DNA of 64,000 nucleotides from Naegleria gruberi (Eukaryota): NCBI GenBank assembly GCA_000004985.1, contig GG738845.1; one strand, 5' to 3'. Shown piece by piece: positions 20,634 to 31,149 of this stretch (position 1 is its first letter; each line of letters starts with the position of its first letter). The notes under the pieces were generated by a model. It saw only the letters and a program-made list of their open reading frames with translations, ran no database searches and was not told where the DNA came from. The position numbers and the translations under genes were made by a program.

Positions 20634-22577
20634 ATGTTTGGCTCATCAGCGACGGGTAGAACATCATCTATGCAAGATGATCAACAAGAATCAAAATCAA
20701 CAACAAACGCTAACATTACAAATCTTGAAGGTGTCAAGGAAAAAGATTTGGAGGATTATAAACAAATATTAAATATTTTACTTGGAGCAGGATATTTCCG
20801 TGTTCGTATTGCATCATTAACACCTTTTGACAAAATTTTGGGAGGATTATGTTGGTGTATTAGTAATTCCTACAATGCTGATGCGGATGTAGAAATGTTA
20901 AGTTATGAAGAGGAAGCAAACATTGGTAAAAAAATTAAATTGGCAGAAAAAGTTGTTCTTGCTCTTAGAAGAATGGGTTGTACAACAGAATTAAATCCTG
21001 TACAAATTCAAGGTTTGGATTGTCCTTTCATCTTACAGGTATTTTCATGGCTTGTTAAAAAAGTTCATGAATCAAGAGAGGAAAACAAAGAAAGAATTCA
21101 AAGGTTTAGCGAACTTCAATTTTCTAGAAAGTTTGAATTACCACAAGATACTCAATCCATGCAACAATATACTCAAGCTGTACCATACTTGGAAAGTATT
21201 AAAGGATTTTATCATCCAAAGAGAAAGTTCAAACATCAACAAAGAAAACAAATCAAAAATGAATGGGGTCATGTGCAGACTGTACTTTTAGAATATGGGG
21301 TAGAATTTAAAAAAATTGAGAGATCCCAACAAGAGAAAGAAGATAAATCAAAACTAGAGAGACAATTAAGAGCCCAAAAAACAAAAGCAAATGAGCCATC
21401 AGGTAATTTGGTTGAGGATTTGGATGAAGAAACAAAGGAAAAGAAAATTCAAGAACTTAAAAAACTTGTGGAGCAAAACGAAAACTTTTACAATAATATT
21501 TCAGCTTCTGGTGCTTCTACTTTGATTAGTTTGGGTGCTCATGATATTATGAAATTAAAGGAAGAATACGATGAAAAGACCAAAGACTTTATGGATCAAC
21601 AAGAAAACTTACAAACTGATCAAACTTTACACAAAAGAAATGTTGCCCAATTAACCAAGAAAATAGAAAACCAAAAAGCGTAAGTGTATTAATAGCTTTA
21701 ACATTAAATTAATGGAAATAGTATTTACTTGAAAGCAAAGGAAGAATATAACAATGTAAAGATTGAATATGACAAGGTTGCTGAAAACTACTCAAAATTC
21801 AAAGAATATAACGAACAAATTCAAGAAAAGATCAATCAACTCAAATCTACTGTTGAAACCAGAGATGTGGATCAAACAGTCATTAAGAAATTGGAAAATT
21901 TAATTGCAACCAACGAAAGCTACAAAAAGCAAGAAACTGAATTTAAAACAGAGTGTCAACAAAAATTGAAGGAATTGAAGGAATCAATTGCAACTTTGGA
22001 ACAAGTTGTTACTGATCCAAATGATCCAATTGTTCAACTACAACAATCATATGTTAATGATATGGAAAAGATGAAAAAGATCAAAAAGTTAGCAGCCAAA
22101 AGAAACAGAGAACTTGCAATTATTCAATCTAAAATTGATGAAATCCCTTCAAGAACAGAATTATCTCAATATGAAAGAAGATTTACTGAATTGTTTACTC
22201 AGATCTCATCAAAACTCGATGAAACAAAGAAGTATTTTGTATCGTATAACACATTATCATCAACTTGCTCATTTATGGAACAAGAATTATCTTTGCTCAA
22301 TGCTATTGCTGATTTCTTCCAAAAATCAGTACAGTCCCAAGATAAGAAATATAAAACTTGGATGGTAACAACAATAAGTGACAGAGTTGAAAAGGTAAGA
22401 CAGACCAAAGAACAAGTCAACCAAAAATTAAAAGAAACTGAAAAGAAAAGAGACGATTTGCAAAATAAGTACAATGAATTGGTTTCCAAACAAAGAAATT
22501 ACTTTAGAGCTGTCAAGGAGTTCCAACATGAGATGTTAAAGAATGAAGAATTGAATAAGAGATTAAAACAACAATAA
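20634..22577 (+). CDS. CCDC93: CCDC93-like protein (CCC/Commander complex coiled-coil subunit), 633 aa, 2 exons
   Basis: join(20634..21679,21722..22577) with a 42-nt intron at 21680..21721 (GTAAGT...AAATAG), phase 2+1. The N-terminal NN-CH region ILLGAGYFRVRIASLTPFDKILGGLCWCI...IGKKIKLAEKVVLALRRMGCTTELNPVQIQGLDCPFILQVFSWLVKKV matches the conserved CCDC93 N-terminus. The total length is close to the human 631 aa. Confidence 0.7.
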
Positions 22578-22583
22578 ACAATT

Positions 22584-22598
22584 GTTTCCCGCCAAAAC
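22584..22598. promoter_or_regulatory. E2F-like GC box (GTTTCCCGCCAAAAC; core TCCCGCC at 22587..22593) in the BBS4 promoter
   Basis: It is a perfect TTTCCCGC match. It lies 35-49 bp upstream of the BBS4 ATG (22633) and starts 7 bp after the CCDC93-like stop codon (22575..22577). Confidence 0.5.
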
Positions 22599-22632
22599 CA
22601 CTACAATCCTACCAAAAATAAATACAAAAAAA

Positions 22633-24000
22633 ATGAGTTCAGCATCTGTTACCAGCCCTCGTTCGAATTCACCAGGCAACAACAATATTACAGATAATCA
22701 AGATGATGAACTAACAAAGGATATAAAGGAACATCAACTTCAAACACAATCCTCAAAAGTTGAGATAAAACGACAAGTATCTGACATTGAATCTGAGAAG
22801 GAAAAGAAAAATTGGTTAATTCATGTACTGTACACTAGGCAAGATATTGAAGAATGTTTAAATACAATAGAAGAACAAATCAGAGCTTGTGAAGGAAAAT
22901 GCGAATATGCTATTTATGTTAAAGGATTGATTAAGAGACAACAAGGTGATATTACACAATCACTTCAATTATTTCAACAAGCTTGTATTTTGAACCCGAT
23001 GAATCCTCAAAATATAAAACAAGTAGGAAAGAGCTTGTTCCTTATGGGAAAATTCAAGGAAGCTATTGAAATTTATGATGAAGCCAAAAGAATTTCTCCA
23101 CAAGATTGGGAGATTTGGCATAATAAGGGTTTATGTCATGCAAATCTTGGAGATTTTGAGAAGGCTGAAGAATGTTATCAAAGATCAAATTCGATACAAC
23201 GACATGATATAACTTTTATAGAATTGGGAAAAATATTCACAATACAAGAAAGATACGAAGAAGCAATTGATATTTACTTGGAAGCATTAGACTTTTCTCC
23301 AGAAAATCCTGAACTTTTGAGCACTGTTGGTCTTCTCTATTTGAGAGTTGGTGATAATCTTAAAGCATTTGATTATCTCGGAAACTCACTCTCTCACGAT
23401 CCAACCAATCCTAAAACTATTTTGGCAACAGGCAGCATCATACAAGACCATGGAGAAATGGAAGTGGCCTTAAGTAAATACAGAATTGCTGCAAAAAAGA
23501 ATCCAAATTCTGCCCAACTTTGGAATAATATTGGCATGTGCTTTTTTGGCAAACAAGATTATGTAACTTCCATCGCTTGTTTGAAAAGAGCTTTGTATTT
23601 GGCACCATTTGAGTGGATCATTTCTTACAACTTGGGTCTTGTTCACCTCAACACTAGACAATATGCCTCTGCTTTCCATTACTTCTCAACCTCGATTAAT
23701 TTGAACCCAAATTTCGCAAGTACATACATGTATTTGGGAATAACATTGAACAGACTGGACGATTTTGAAAATGCATGCTCTGCTTATGAAAAAGCAATTG
23801 AAATGGAAGGAGATTATCTATTCGAACTGAACTATGCCATCACATTGTACAACCACCAAAATTTCGAACAATCAAGAGCCCATTTCGTTGAATTTGAAAG
23901 ACTTTTTCACGAGGCACACACAGGAGAGGATGCAGAAGAATGTGATGATGAATTTATTATGGAAGCAAGAAAAAAGTTATCGTCATTGCTTTCATCCTAA
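22633..24000 (+). CDS. BBS4: Bardet-Biedl syndrome 4 protein (BBSome TPR subunit), 455 aa
   Basis: The track ORF starts at a TTG (22582). The first ATG is at 22633. The sequence is colinear with human BBS4 through the TPR array: KNWLIHVLYTRQDIEEC, CEYAIYVKGLI, DWEIWHNKGLC, RHDITFIELGKI, FSPENPELLSTVGLLYL, DPTNPKTILATGS, LWNNIGMCFFGK, LAPFEWIISYNLGLVHL and QYASAFHYF. Confidence 0.93.
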   Translation: MSSASVTSPRSNSPGNNNITDNQDDELTKDIKEHQLQTQSSKVEIKRQVSDIESEKEKKNWLIHVLYTRQDIEECLNTIEEQIRACEGKCEYAIYVKGLIKRQQGDITQSLQLFQQACILNPMNPQNIKQVGKSLFLMGKFKEAIEIYDEAKRISPQDWEIWHNKGLCHANLGDFEKAEECYQRSNSIQRHDITFIELGKIFTIQERYEEAIDIYLEALDFSPENPELLSTVGLLYLRVGDNLKAFDYLGNSLSHDPTNPKTILATGSIIQDHGEMEVALSKYRIAAKKNPNSAQLWNNIGMCFFGKQDYVTSIACLKRALYLAPFEWIISYNLGLVHLNTRQYASAFHYFSTSINLNPNFASTYMYLGITLNRLDDFENACSAYEKAIEMEGDYLFELNYAITLYNHQNFEQSRAHFVEFERLFHEAHTGEDAEECDDEFIMEARKKLSSLLSS

Positions 24001-24022
24001 AGCAAGGGTAAAAATAAAAAAA

Positions 24023-24394
24023 ATGGCCAATATTGATGAAATTGTGGTGTGTGCAGACACTCTTTTTGATTAGTAGGTAATTTAGTCAATAATTATTAAG
24101 AAAATTTTGCAAGTGAATGTGTGATTGATTTCGGAAATGATTGCGAATCTGCTTTAAACGTTTATAATACAGTGATTGTGGATGAAGAATTGTCATCAAA
24201 TGTGACAAGAAATATCGAACTTGTAAATAATGAAGGAACTCATTCTGTTAAATTGTATGTTAACAAATCATCATGATTTCTTAATATTATTTAGAAATTT
24301 CAAGAGTGACTCAGCCAGAACTCTCCGATCATCAGTGAAAGGAACTTTGGATACCATTCACCTCTCCATAGAAACCTTGTCATATTTTAACTAG
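24023..24394 (+). CDS. KEOPS/EKC complex subunit Pcc1/LAGE3-like, 96 aa, 3 exons (absent from the ORF track)
   Basis: join(24023..24072,24114..24254,24295..24394) is 291 nt. The introns are 24073..24113 (41 nt, GTAGGT...GCAAG) and 24255..24294 (40 nt, GTATGT...TTTAG), and the phases close. The product ...CVIDFGNDCESALNVYNTVIVDEELSSNVTRNIELVNNEGTHSVKLNFKSDSARTLRSSVKGTLDTIHLSIETLSYFN fits the Pcc1 pattern (F.s...A......L.vD.El ... LR.s.n..ld.l.l...t...F). The choice of first exon is the weakest part of the model. Confidence 0.5.
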
Positions 24395-24429
24395 TAGTTG
24401 AACAAGAATAAATATCAGCTTCAAAAAAA

Positions 24430-25518
24430 ATGTCTTCAGCAAACACGTTGAGCAATACAAAAGAATTGTTACCCAATACTGAATGTTCTGAGCACAATTC
24501 CGAACACTTAGAAAATAAGAGAAAGAATGAATGTGACCAAGAAGATGACGAACAACAAGAAGTTAAAAAGAGAAAATATCCACAGTGTGAAGTTTGTTCC
24601 TGTATTGAATCCAAATACACATGTCCTGGTTGCAGTTTGAGATATTGTTGTTTAGATTGTTTTAAAAACCATAAAACTTCATCTGGATGTTCTGGAAAGA
24701 GAGATGCAACCAAGTTTGTTGATTTAAAGGATTTTTCAGAGCAATCATTACGTAGTGACTATAACTTTTTGGAGAATCTTGACTCACAAACTATTCACTG
24801 GTCAAGAATGAGAGCTCAAGAGAAAATTGACTCACATTCCTATCAATATCATCATCCAAGAGTGAGAGAGTTACAATATAAAGCAATACAGAAAGGGATT
24901 CGAATGGAATTAATGCCCCAAGGAATGTCACGAAGAGAAAGTAACACATCCTATTTCAATAAGAAGACAGACAAGATTTTTTGGAGACTGGAATTTATAT
25001 TTGATCAAGAAATGGACAATATTACAAACAAACCTTCTCAAACAATCGAAAACCATGTTTCTGAGGATGTAAAAATCTTAGACATTATCCAAAAATACTT
25101 TGATAAGGATGTGAATGGTAGTGCAAAAACAAGAGATAAGATGCAGAAATATGCTTCACATTACGAAAAAGCAGAATGTAAGAGTGCACTATTCAAATTC
25201 TTAATTCAAGTTGAGGGCACAAGTGAAAGAATGTTTTACAATGTGAATGTGTCTCTACCTTTACGGGATGCTCTTAAGGATATGGTTATTATTGAATATC
25301 CAATTATTCATGTCATACTTTCAGAATCTGAAGAGTATAGAATAATTTCGGAAGAGGAAATAAAAGAAATGAACAAAAAGAGAGACGATAAACTCAAAGA
25401 AAAGAAGGAAAAAAGGCAAGCATTCATCGAAAAAAAGAACAAATATGAAGAGAGAATGGCAGAAAAACAAGAGAGAGAACAACAGAAAAGAAGAAATAAC
25501 CCTCAAAGAAAAAAGTAA
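24430..25518 (+). CDS. zf-HIT protein, BCD1/ZNHIT6-like box C/D snoRNP assembly factor, 362 aa
   Basis: ATG at 24430. There is an HIT zinc finger, CEVCSCIESKYTCPGCSLRYCCLDCFKNHKTSSGC, near the N-terminus. It is followed by a BCD1-type middle region and a K/E-rich tail. Confidence 0.6.
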   Translation: MSSANTLSNTKELLPNTECSEHNSEHLENKRKNECDQEDDEQQEVKKRKYPQCEVCSCIESKYTCPGCSLRYCCLDCFKNHKTSSGCSGKRDATKFVDLKDFSEQSLRSDYNFLENLDSQTIHWSRMRAQEKIDSHSYQYHHPRVRELQYKAIQKGIRMELMPQGMSRRESNTSYFNKKTDKIFWRLEFIFDQEMDNITNKPSQTIENHVSEDVKILDIIQKYFDKDVNGSAKTRDKMQKYASHYEKAECKSALFKFLIQVEGTSERMFYNVNVSLPLRDALKDMVIIEYPIIHVILSESEEYRIISEEEIKEMNKKRDDKLKEKKEKRQAFIEKKNKYEERMAEKQEREQQKRRNNPQRKK

Positions 25519-25522
25519 ACAT

Positions 25523-26809
25523 TTATTTCTTTTTCTTTGGCTTTTTCTTTCCACTTGTGTCACTCTTCTTAACCAAATCTTTGACCAATTTCTTGGCACT
25601 CTTCTTTTCCTTCTTAGCTTTCAATTTTTCTTGTTTTTCCTTATTGAGTTCGAGCAATTCCTTATCATATTTCTTCTTTGGAGTTAATTCTAAGAGTTCA
25701 ATATCGTAAAACAGTGTAGCATTTGGAGGTACCTTGTCAATTACACCCTTTTCACCAAAACCCTTTTCAGGAGGTATTACTAATTCTCTTTTACCACATA
25801 CAGTCATTCCTTCAACACCAATATTGATACCCTTGATAACCTTTTTAGTTCCTAATCTGAAACTGAATGGATTTTTTCTTGTTGATCTATCGAATGTTTT
25901 TACCTTGTCTGGATCAAGTCTACCTTTGTAATAGAGTGTCACCTTGTCACCAATTTGTGCTTTTCTTCCATGACCAACAAAAACATTGGTAATTTCCACA
26001 CTCTTTCTTGTGAAAGTCTTTGGTTCAGTATGATCTTCAGCTAATCTTTCTTCTTCTTCCTTGTCAGCTTTGATTTCCTCTTGTTGCTTTTCGAATTTTT
26101 CCACTTTGGATTTTTCCCATGGTGCTAAATCTTCCTTATATTTGGTTTTCTTGAGCTTTTCAACAATTTCCTTGAAATAGTTTCTCTTTAGTCTAAAGTA
26201 TGCTTTTGCCTTGTCCTCAAAGGTTGCCTCAGGTGAAAACATAATGATTCCATGTAAATCAACACCTAAACATTTTTCCTTATTCAAGTATGGTCTTCCT
26301 TTCAATTCAAATGTAAGATTACTAATTTCTTCAGCAGAAAACATATGTTGCAATACAAATTCACTTCTTGTTGGATAAGAAAGTGTTGCCAAGACAAACT
26401 TTCTTCTTTTGTCATCATCTTGAATACACACCTGTAAGACACACCCTGGTTGTTTTTCTTTGTCCAACGATGCTTCTTCGTCTTCATGAGCCATGATTGA
26501 CTTTAATTTTTTCTTAGCCTCTTCCAATTCTTTAACTTTAGAAGGGAGAGCAATAGAATAATTATTGTCAATTTGTAAAGAACATGAAGAAATAGCCAAA
26601 GAGCAATTATTAACCTGTCCAAGAGAAAATGGTTCTTCGGTAGTGACTCTGATTCTCCATTGAAGTCTATCTTGGCTTTCTAGAAATTCTTTAATATCCT
26701 GAGATGGATGTTGCATAAAAGCTTCCTCCTTGATTTTGTTCTCCTGTTCGTATTTTGTCTTTTTTGGCTTCGGATCATTCGAAGAAGCGCTTGAAGCTGA
26801 TCGTTTCAT
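25523..26809 (-). CDS. Nuclear or nucleolar FKBP-type peptidyl-prolyl isomerase (Fpr3/Fpr4/FKBP39-like), 428 aa
   Basis: ATG at 26809..26807. The layout is an N-terminal nucleoplasmin-like region, then acidic and basic linkers, then a C-terminal FKBP domain (GHGRKAQIGDKVTLYYKGRL...FDRS...PFSFRLGTKKVIKGINIGVEGMTVCGKRELVIPPEKGFGEKG...IPPNATLFYDIELLEL), then a K-rich tail. Confidence 0.85.
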   Translation of the reverse strand: MKRSASSASSNDPKPKKTKYEQENKIKEEAFMQHPSQDIKEFLESQDRLQWRIRVTTEEPFSLGQVNNCSLAISSCSLQIDNNYSIALPSKVKELEEAKKKLKSIMAHEDEEASLDKEKQPGCVLQVCIQDDDKRRKFVLATLSYPTRSEFVLQHMFSAEEISNLTFELKGRPYLNKEKCLGVDLHGIIMFSPEATFEDKAKAYFRLKRNYFKEIVEKLKKTKYKEDLAPWEKSKVEKFEKQQEEIKADKEEEERLAEDHTEPKTFTRKSVEITNVFVGHGRKAQIGDKVTLYYKGRLDPDKVKTFDRSTRKNPFSFRLGTKKVIKGINIGVEGMTVCGKRELVIPPEKGFGEKGVIDKVPPNATLFYDIELLELTPKKKYDKELLELNKEKQEKLKAKKEKKSAKKLVKDLVKKSDTSGKKKPKKKK

Positions 26810-27030
26810 TTTTTATTTGAACAAAGTGCAATATTTTTGTGTTGCAAGATTTGTTTCCTACATCAACAACAATTACCAGCAATTATTTAATTTTATTAAT
26901 AAATTATTGTTTTAATTATAATTATTATTTGTTATATCAAAGAACCAAGTTGAAAATAAATTTGGGATAACGGTGGCAAACCACAACCCTTAAAAAAAAT
27001 TCAATACATCATCAAATTATCCAACGATAA

Positions 27031-30000
27031 ATGAATCTAACTAAGGAAACTAAAAAACTAGTTTGGAAACAACAAATAGAAGCTAGGGGAAGTACTTGGA
27101 AAGTAAAGTGTGTTTCACTTTCGGAAAATGACTTATTAGTACTTGGTTCTGACACTGATGAACAGAGCTCACATTTATTTATTTGTGATTTGAAAAGTTT
27201 GGAGTGGTCAACAGCCCCTCTCTTCGGGGATGGTCCTAGCAATTCTGATTTTCATTTCCCAATAATATCTGAGGAAAATGAAGGCTTGTTTGTTTTTTGG
27301 ATCATGAGAGAAAAGGGATTACCTGCACTTCTTGTTGCTGATTATGAAAATGAAGGACTGACTCTTTCCAAAGGAGAACAAGTATTGTTATTTGATAGTG
27401 ATACAATGGATGACGATATGATATTGTGCATGAACAGGAAGGATAGGGTAATAGTGGCACCAAAAACACTGTTTGCAGTAGAAGAAGAAAATTCATTTTT
27501 TGAATTTTTTGAAAGATCAGAAATAGTAATTAGTTTTTTAAACTTTGCAAATGGAATGCAATGGTCAAGGATTCTAGTTGACAATGACCAGGCACCAAGG
27601 GCTAGAAGAGATTTCACCTGTACCAAGATAGATCAAAAGATTTACTTTTTTGGAGGAATTTCAGATAGTGGAATCATTCACAATGATATGTACATATTAG
27701 ATTTGAGTAGGTACTTCTTTTTTAATCTTCATCAGACATTTATCATTCAAATAGTTGATTTGAAGTGGTCTAAATGTACCTTTAAATCTGAAGATGATAA
27801 GCCAACAGCTAGATATGGTCATTCTGCAACTGTTCTAGATAGCGAATATATTCTGATATTTGGAGGAAGTGGATATGAAACAAAATTTAATGACCTGTAT
27901 CTATTTAATATTTTTAGTAAGGAATGGAGTTTGTTGGAAATTGATGAATGCCCCTTAGCGAGAAGTCATCACTCTTTTGTGAGATTGAATGAATTTATTG
28001 TTTTATTTGGAGGAGAGGGTGAAGAATCAATACTGAATGACCTATTCATTTTGGATATTGAGGAGAGTAGATGGGAGAAAATAGAAAACGATTTTAATCC
28101 ATCCCCCAGATTTAAGCATTTTTGTGGTTTGTTTTCTTCACAGGACTCTCTTGTATTTTTTGGAGGAGAGAATGGTTCAGAAAATTTATTCGATATCTAC
28201 ACACTGCATGCAGAAGATGATAATGAAGTGGAATTGATTTATTCTTCACCTAAATTGGAAATAGAAGACGAGTTTCGTCTCGAAATAAGTTCTGAAGAAA
28301 ATGACTCAACACAAGTAGAAAACGATGTTAATTGGTCAACTAACCAACCAGAGGAATACGAATTGAATAGTTACGCATTTATTGAAGAATCTGCTGAAGA
28401 AGAAGACAGAATGGACGAAATTGTATTTGAGGAAAATTCATCAACAACATCCGTTGTGGAGCAACCACAACAGTATGATCAAATGACACAAACCTCTGTT
28501 GATAGAGAAGAAGAAATTTTTGACTTTTCACACGACTTTCAAACTCACAATGAAGGTAATGACCTGGTTATTGAATTTGATACTCATGAATTTGTCGTTG
28601 AGGACGAATGCTTTCTTGAACCCACTAGCTCTCAATTGACTGAGGAAAAGGATATGTTGGAAGTAATATTTAGAAGCATATCTCTTGGAAACCCTACTAT
28701 TTCACTATTTACATTGCTAAAAATATGTAGAAACTGCAGAATAACAGAAAATTGGCTGTGTTATGATTCAATCCTTGAAACCGTCTCAAATATCTTACAA
28801 AAGAGTAAGTTATTACAATATATAATTACTACCTGTTAAAATAGCTTTAAATGGAGAGGAACAAATTGATTGCTTGGAATTCAGGAAAATAACAGCAGAG
28901 CTCTCGCAAAAGAGAAGTAAGAAACTCCAAGACACAACATTCAGCCACATGCAACTAATTGAAACTCTGTTAAAGCCTTACTACAAAACAGTTAGTAATC
29001 CAGATGATATGTTAATAGAGATTTTGTCTCCAACAATTCTCAACTTATTCACTTCTAAAAAAGAGCAGCTTCAAGAGGTGAGTAACAAAGCTTATATATC
29101 AAACTTATTTAACATTCAAAGTTGTTTTCTGTGTATTCATGTCTTAATTCAAATTCTCATTTTCCAGATACAAAGGAAGTTATGAAATCAAATAGTACAA
29201 TATCTCTAGCAGAATTTCTTTCTTTTGCAGAAACATTTGACATTACTCCCCACAAAATATCAAGAGTCCCCCTTCAAAAAACAATATTCTATAATAGTCT
29301 ACCTCCTGAAGGAAGTGAATCATTCAAAGAGAGCAAATCAAAAGGTTTAAACTATCCTCAGTTTCTAGAGTCGTTATGCAGGTTAGCAATACATATTTAC
29401 TCTCAACATCCTTTCTCTAACCTAGTCAAGACGAGTAAAGATAAAGTAGATATCTTTTTTAAACATATGGGATTTAAGGACATCTCAAAGTTCAAAGAGT
29501 TTTTAAAAAAAGCTGGTATTGGTGGTATTTCATTTAGCCCTAGCAAGAAAATAGCAACCAAAATTGCAAAACCTTCCAATTTAACAAACAGTGGAGGATC
29601 CACAAAACAAAAACCTGACCAAATTATGGAAACCAAACAAATTATTACCGATGAAATAAGAAGACAATATGTCGAAATGATCCAAAACAAATATCTTCTC
29701 AAAGAAGAGCTAGAGAATGTTTTTATGTATTACTGCTCTTTCGGAAATAGGATGAATCTAGATTTAATGAGCTCCTCCAAGTTCAAAATGTTCATTAGAG
29801 ATACTAATATATATAACTATGGTTTCAAGCAAGAGGAAGCAGATTTAATTTTCGTAAAAATATTATCAAGTACAAAGAAGAAATCTAACTTATCCCAAAA
29901 GTTGACATTTCCTCAATTTGTAGACTGTGTAAAAGAGATTGCCTCAAAACTTCGTAAGGATATAACTCCCTCTAAAGCATTTGCACAATTTTTACTTATT

Positions 30001-30476
30001 GATGTTTTACCAAAGGTCCATAGGTTAGAGAATCAAAAATATTTAGGCAATGATGAAAAGTTAAACGTTTTACTTGACAAGTTTAGAAACAATCTGCAAA
30101 AGGTTTGTAAAATACCCATTAATTCATGTTAACCTGCAAACAGCTGTTTTTATTTTATTGCAACTTGGATACTGGAGTGACTCTAAAAGAAACCATGTCC
30201 AGTAATAATTTATTCAAACTTTGTTTGGATTTTGAGATAATTCCTCTTGTATCAAAAAAAGATATTTACAAAGTTTTCAGATCACACACAAATACCGAAT
30301 TAGTTTATCACAAGTTTGAAAATTGTTTAATAGAAATTGTACATTCAGCATATGATAAGCATCCTTATAACTCTAAATACCCTTCACAAGCTGAAAAACT
30401 TGGAGCTCTTTTTCAAAAAATGGAGCTTGGAGATTGGAATATGACAAGGAAACGTTTGGAAACACAACAAGAATAA
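27031..30476 (+). CDS. Multidomain Kelch-repeat / SH3-like / tandem p25-alpha (TPPP-like) domain protein, about 1090 aa, 5 exons
   Basis: join(27031..27706,27755..28804,28845..29077,29122..30102,30144..30476) is 3273 nt. The introns are 48, 40, 44 and 41 nt, and the phases close. There is an SH3-like segment (ALLVADYENEGLTLSKGEQVLLFDSD...RVIVAPKTLF). Kelch repeats are visible (ARYGHSATVL..YILIFGG, ARSHHSFVRL..FIVLFGG, PRFKHFCGLF). At least three p25-alpha-like units follow, for example FMYYCSFGNRMNLDLMSSSKFKMFIRDTNIY...EEADLIFVKI...LTFPQFVDCVKEIASKL. The first intron is in frame and could be retained. Confidence 0.65.
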
Positions 30477-30898
30477 AACTGTCTTTTTTTTTATGTCTCT
30501 TATCGCTGTGAGAGCAACAACTATTAAAATCAATAATAAGGCAGTTCCTCCTTTTGTTGGAAGGGAAACGGAACAGTCAAAGGTTGAAAATGGAGGAAAT
30601 ATTGTCCCAAGTAGCATTCAGTTCCTGTTTTTCATGACTGCTTTTAGTGTTCCAACTCTGAGATGATTTTTTTAGATCTCTAAAGTTCAAGGTTTCGAAA
30701 TCACAACAAGAATAAATAATTGGCCAGAAATTGCCTTAGAGTAAAAAGTTTATAAATGCTACGTGCCATGTAAAAGAGAGACATAATAATTGTAACAAGA
30801 AATAGGCTGCCACCGCACGCTTTCGTGCTTCGCAAGGTTTTGAATAAAATACGTTTCATCAAGATTAAAAAAAATATATTTATTTACCTACATAAACA

Positions 30899-31149
30899 AT
30901 GCAAGTTAGGTCAAGAAAATCGGGAGGTGTTAAACAACAAAAACTTACTGTATCAGGTTCTGATCACGGCACGATCTTGAAGACTTACTTTGGTGATGAT
31001 GATGCTCCAGGTATTAAAGTGTAAGTGGTTTACATTCTATAAATGTTTAATAATCATTTAATAGTTCCCCAACAACCGTTCTTGTTGGTAGCTTGGTTTT
31101 TATCTTCTCTGTAATTGTTCTTCACTTCTGGGGTAGATTCTTTGGATAA
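30899..31149 (+). CDS. SEC61B: Sec61 translocon beta subunit, 68 aa, 2 exons (absent from the ORF track)
   Basis: join(30899..31020,31065..31149) with a 44-nt intron at 31021..31064 (GTAAGT...AATAG), phase 2+1. The product is MQVRSRKSGGVKQQKLTVSGSDHGTILKTYFGDDDAPGIKV|SPTTVLVGSLVFIFSVIVLHFWGRFFG*. It has the basic N-terminus, the GIKV.P motif and the single C-terminal TM anchor of Sec61 beta/Sbh1. Confidence 0.75.

Noticed and set aside
26966-26981. ATAACGGTGGCAAACC, about 50-65 bp upstream of the Kelch/p25-alpha gene, as an eighth GC-box site
   Set aside because: The core is GGTGGCAAA rather than GGCGGCAAA, a mismatch at a central C/G position. It is too weak to count, so it is mentioned only as a possible degenerate variant.
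30384-30617. A 77-aa minus-strand ORF with one hydrophobic segment (MLLGTIFPPFSTFDCSVSLPTKGGTALLLILIVVALTAIRDIKKK...)
   Set aside because: Its 3' portion runs antisense through the last 93 nt of the Kelch/p25-alpha CDS. It has no recognisable family, no convincing upstream exon and no splice signals. It is kept only as a possible micro-protein to check with RNA-seq or Ribo-seq.
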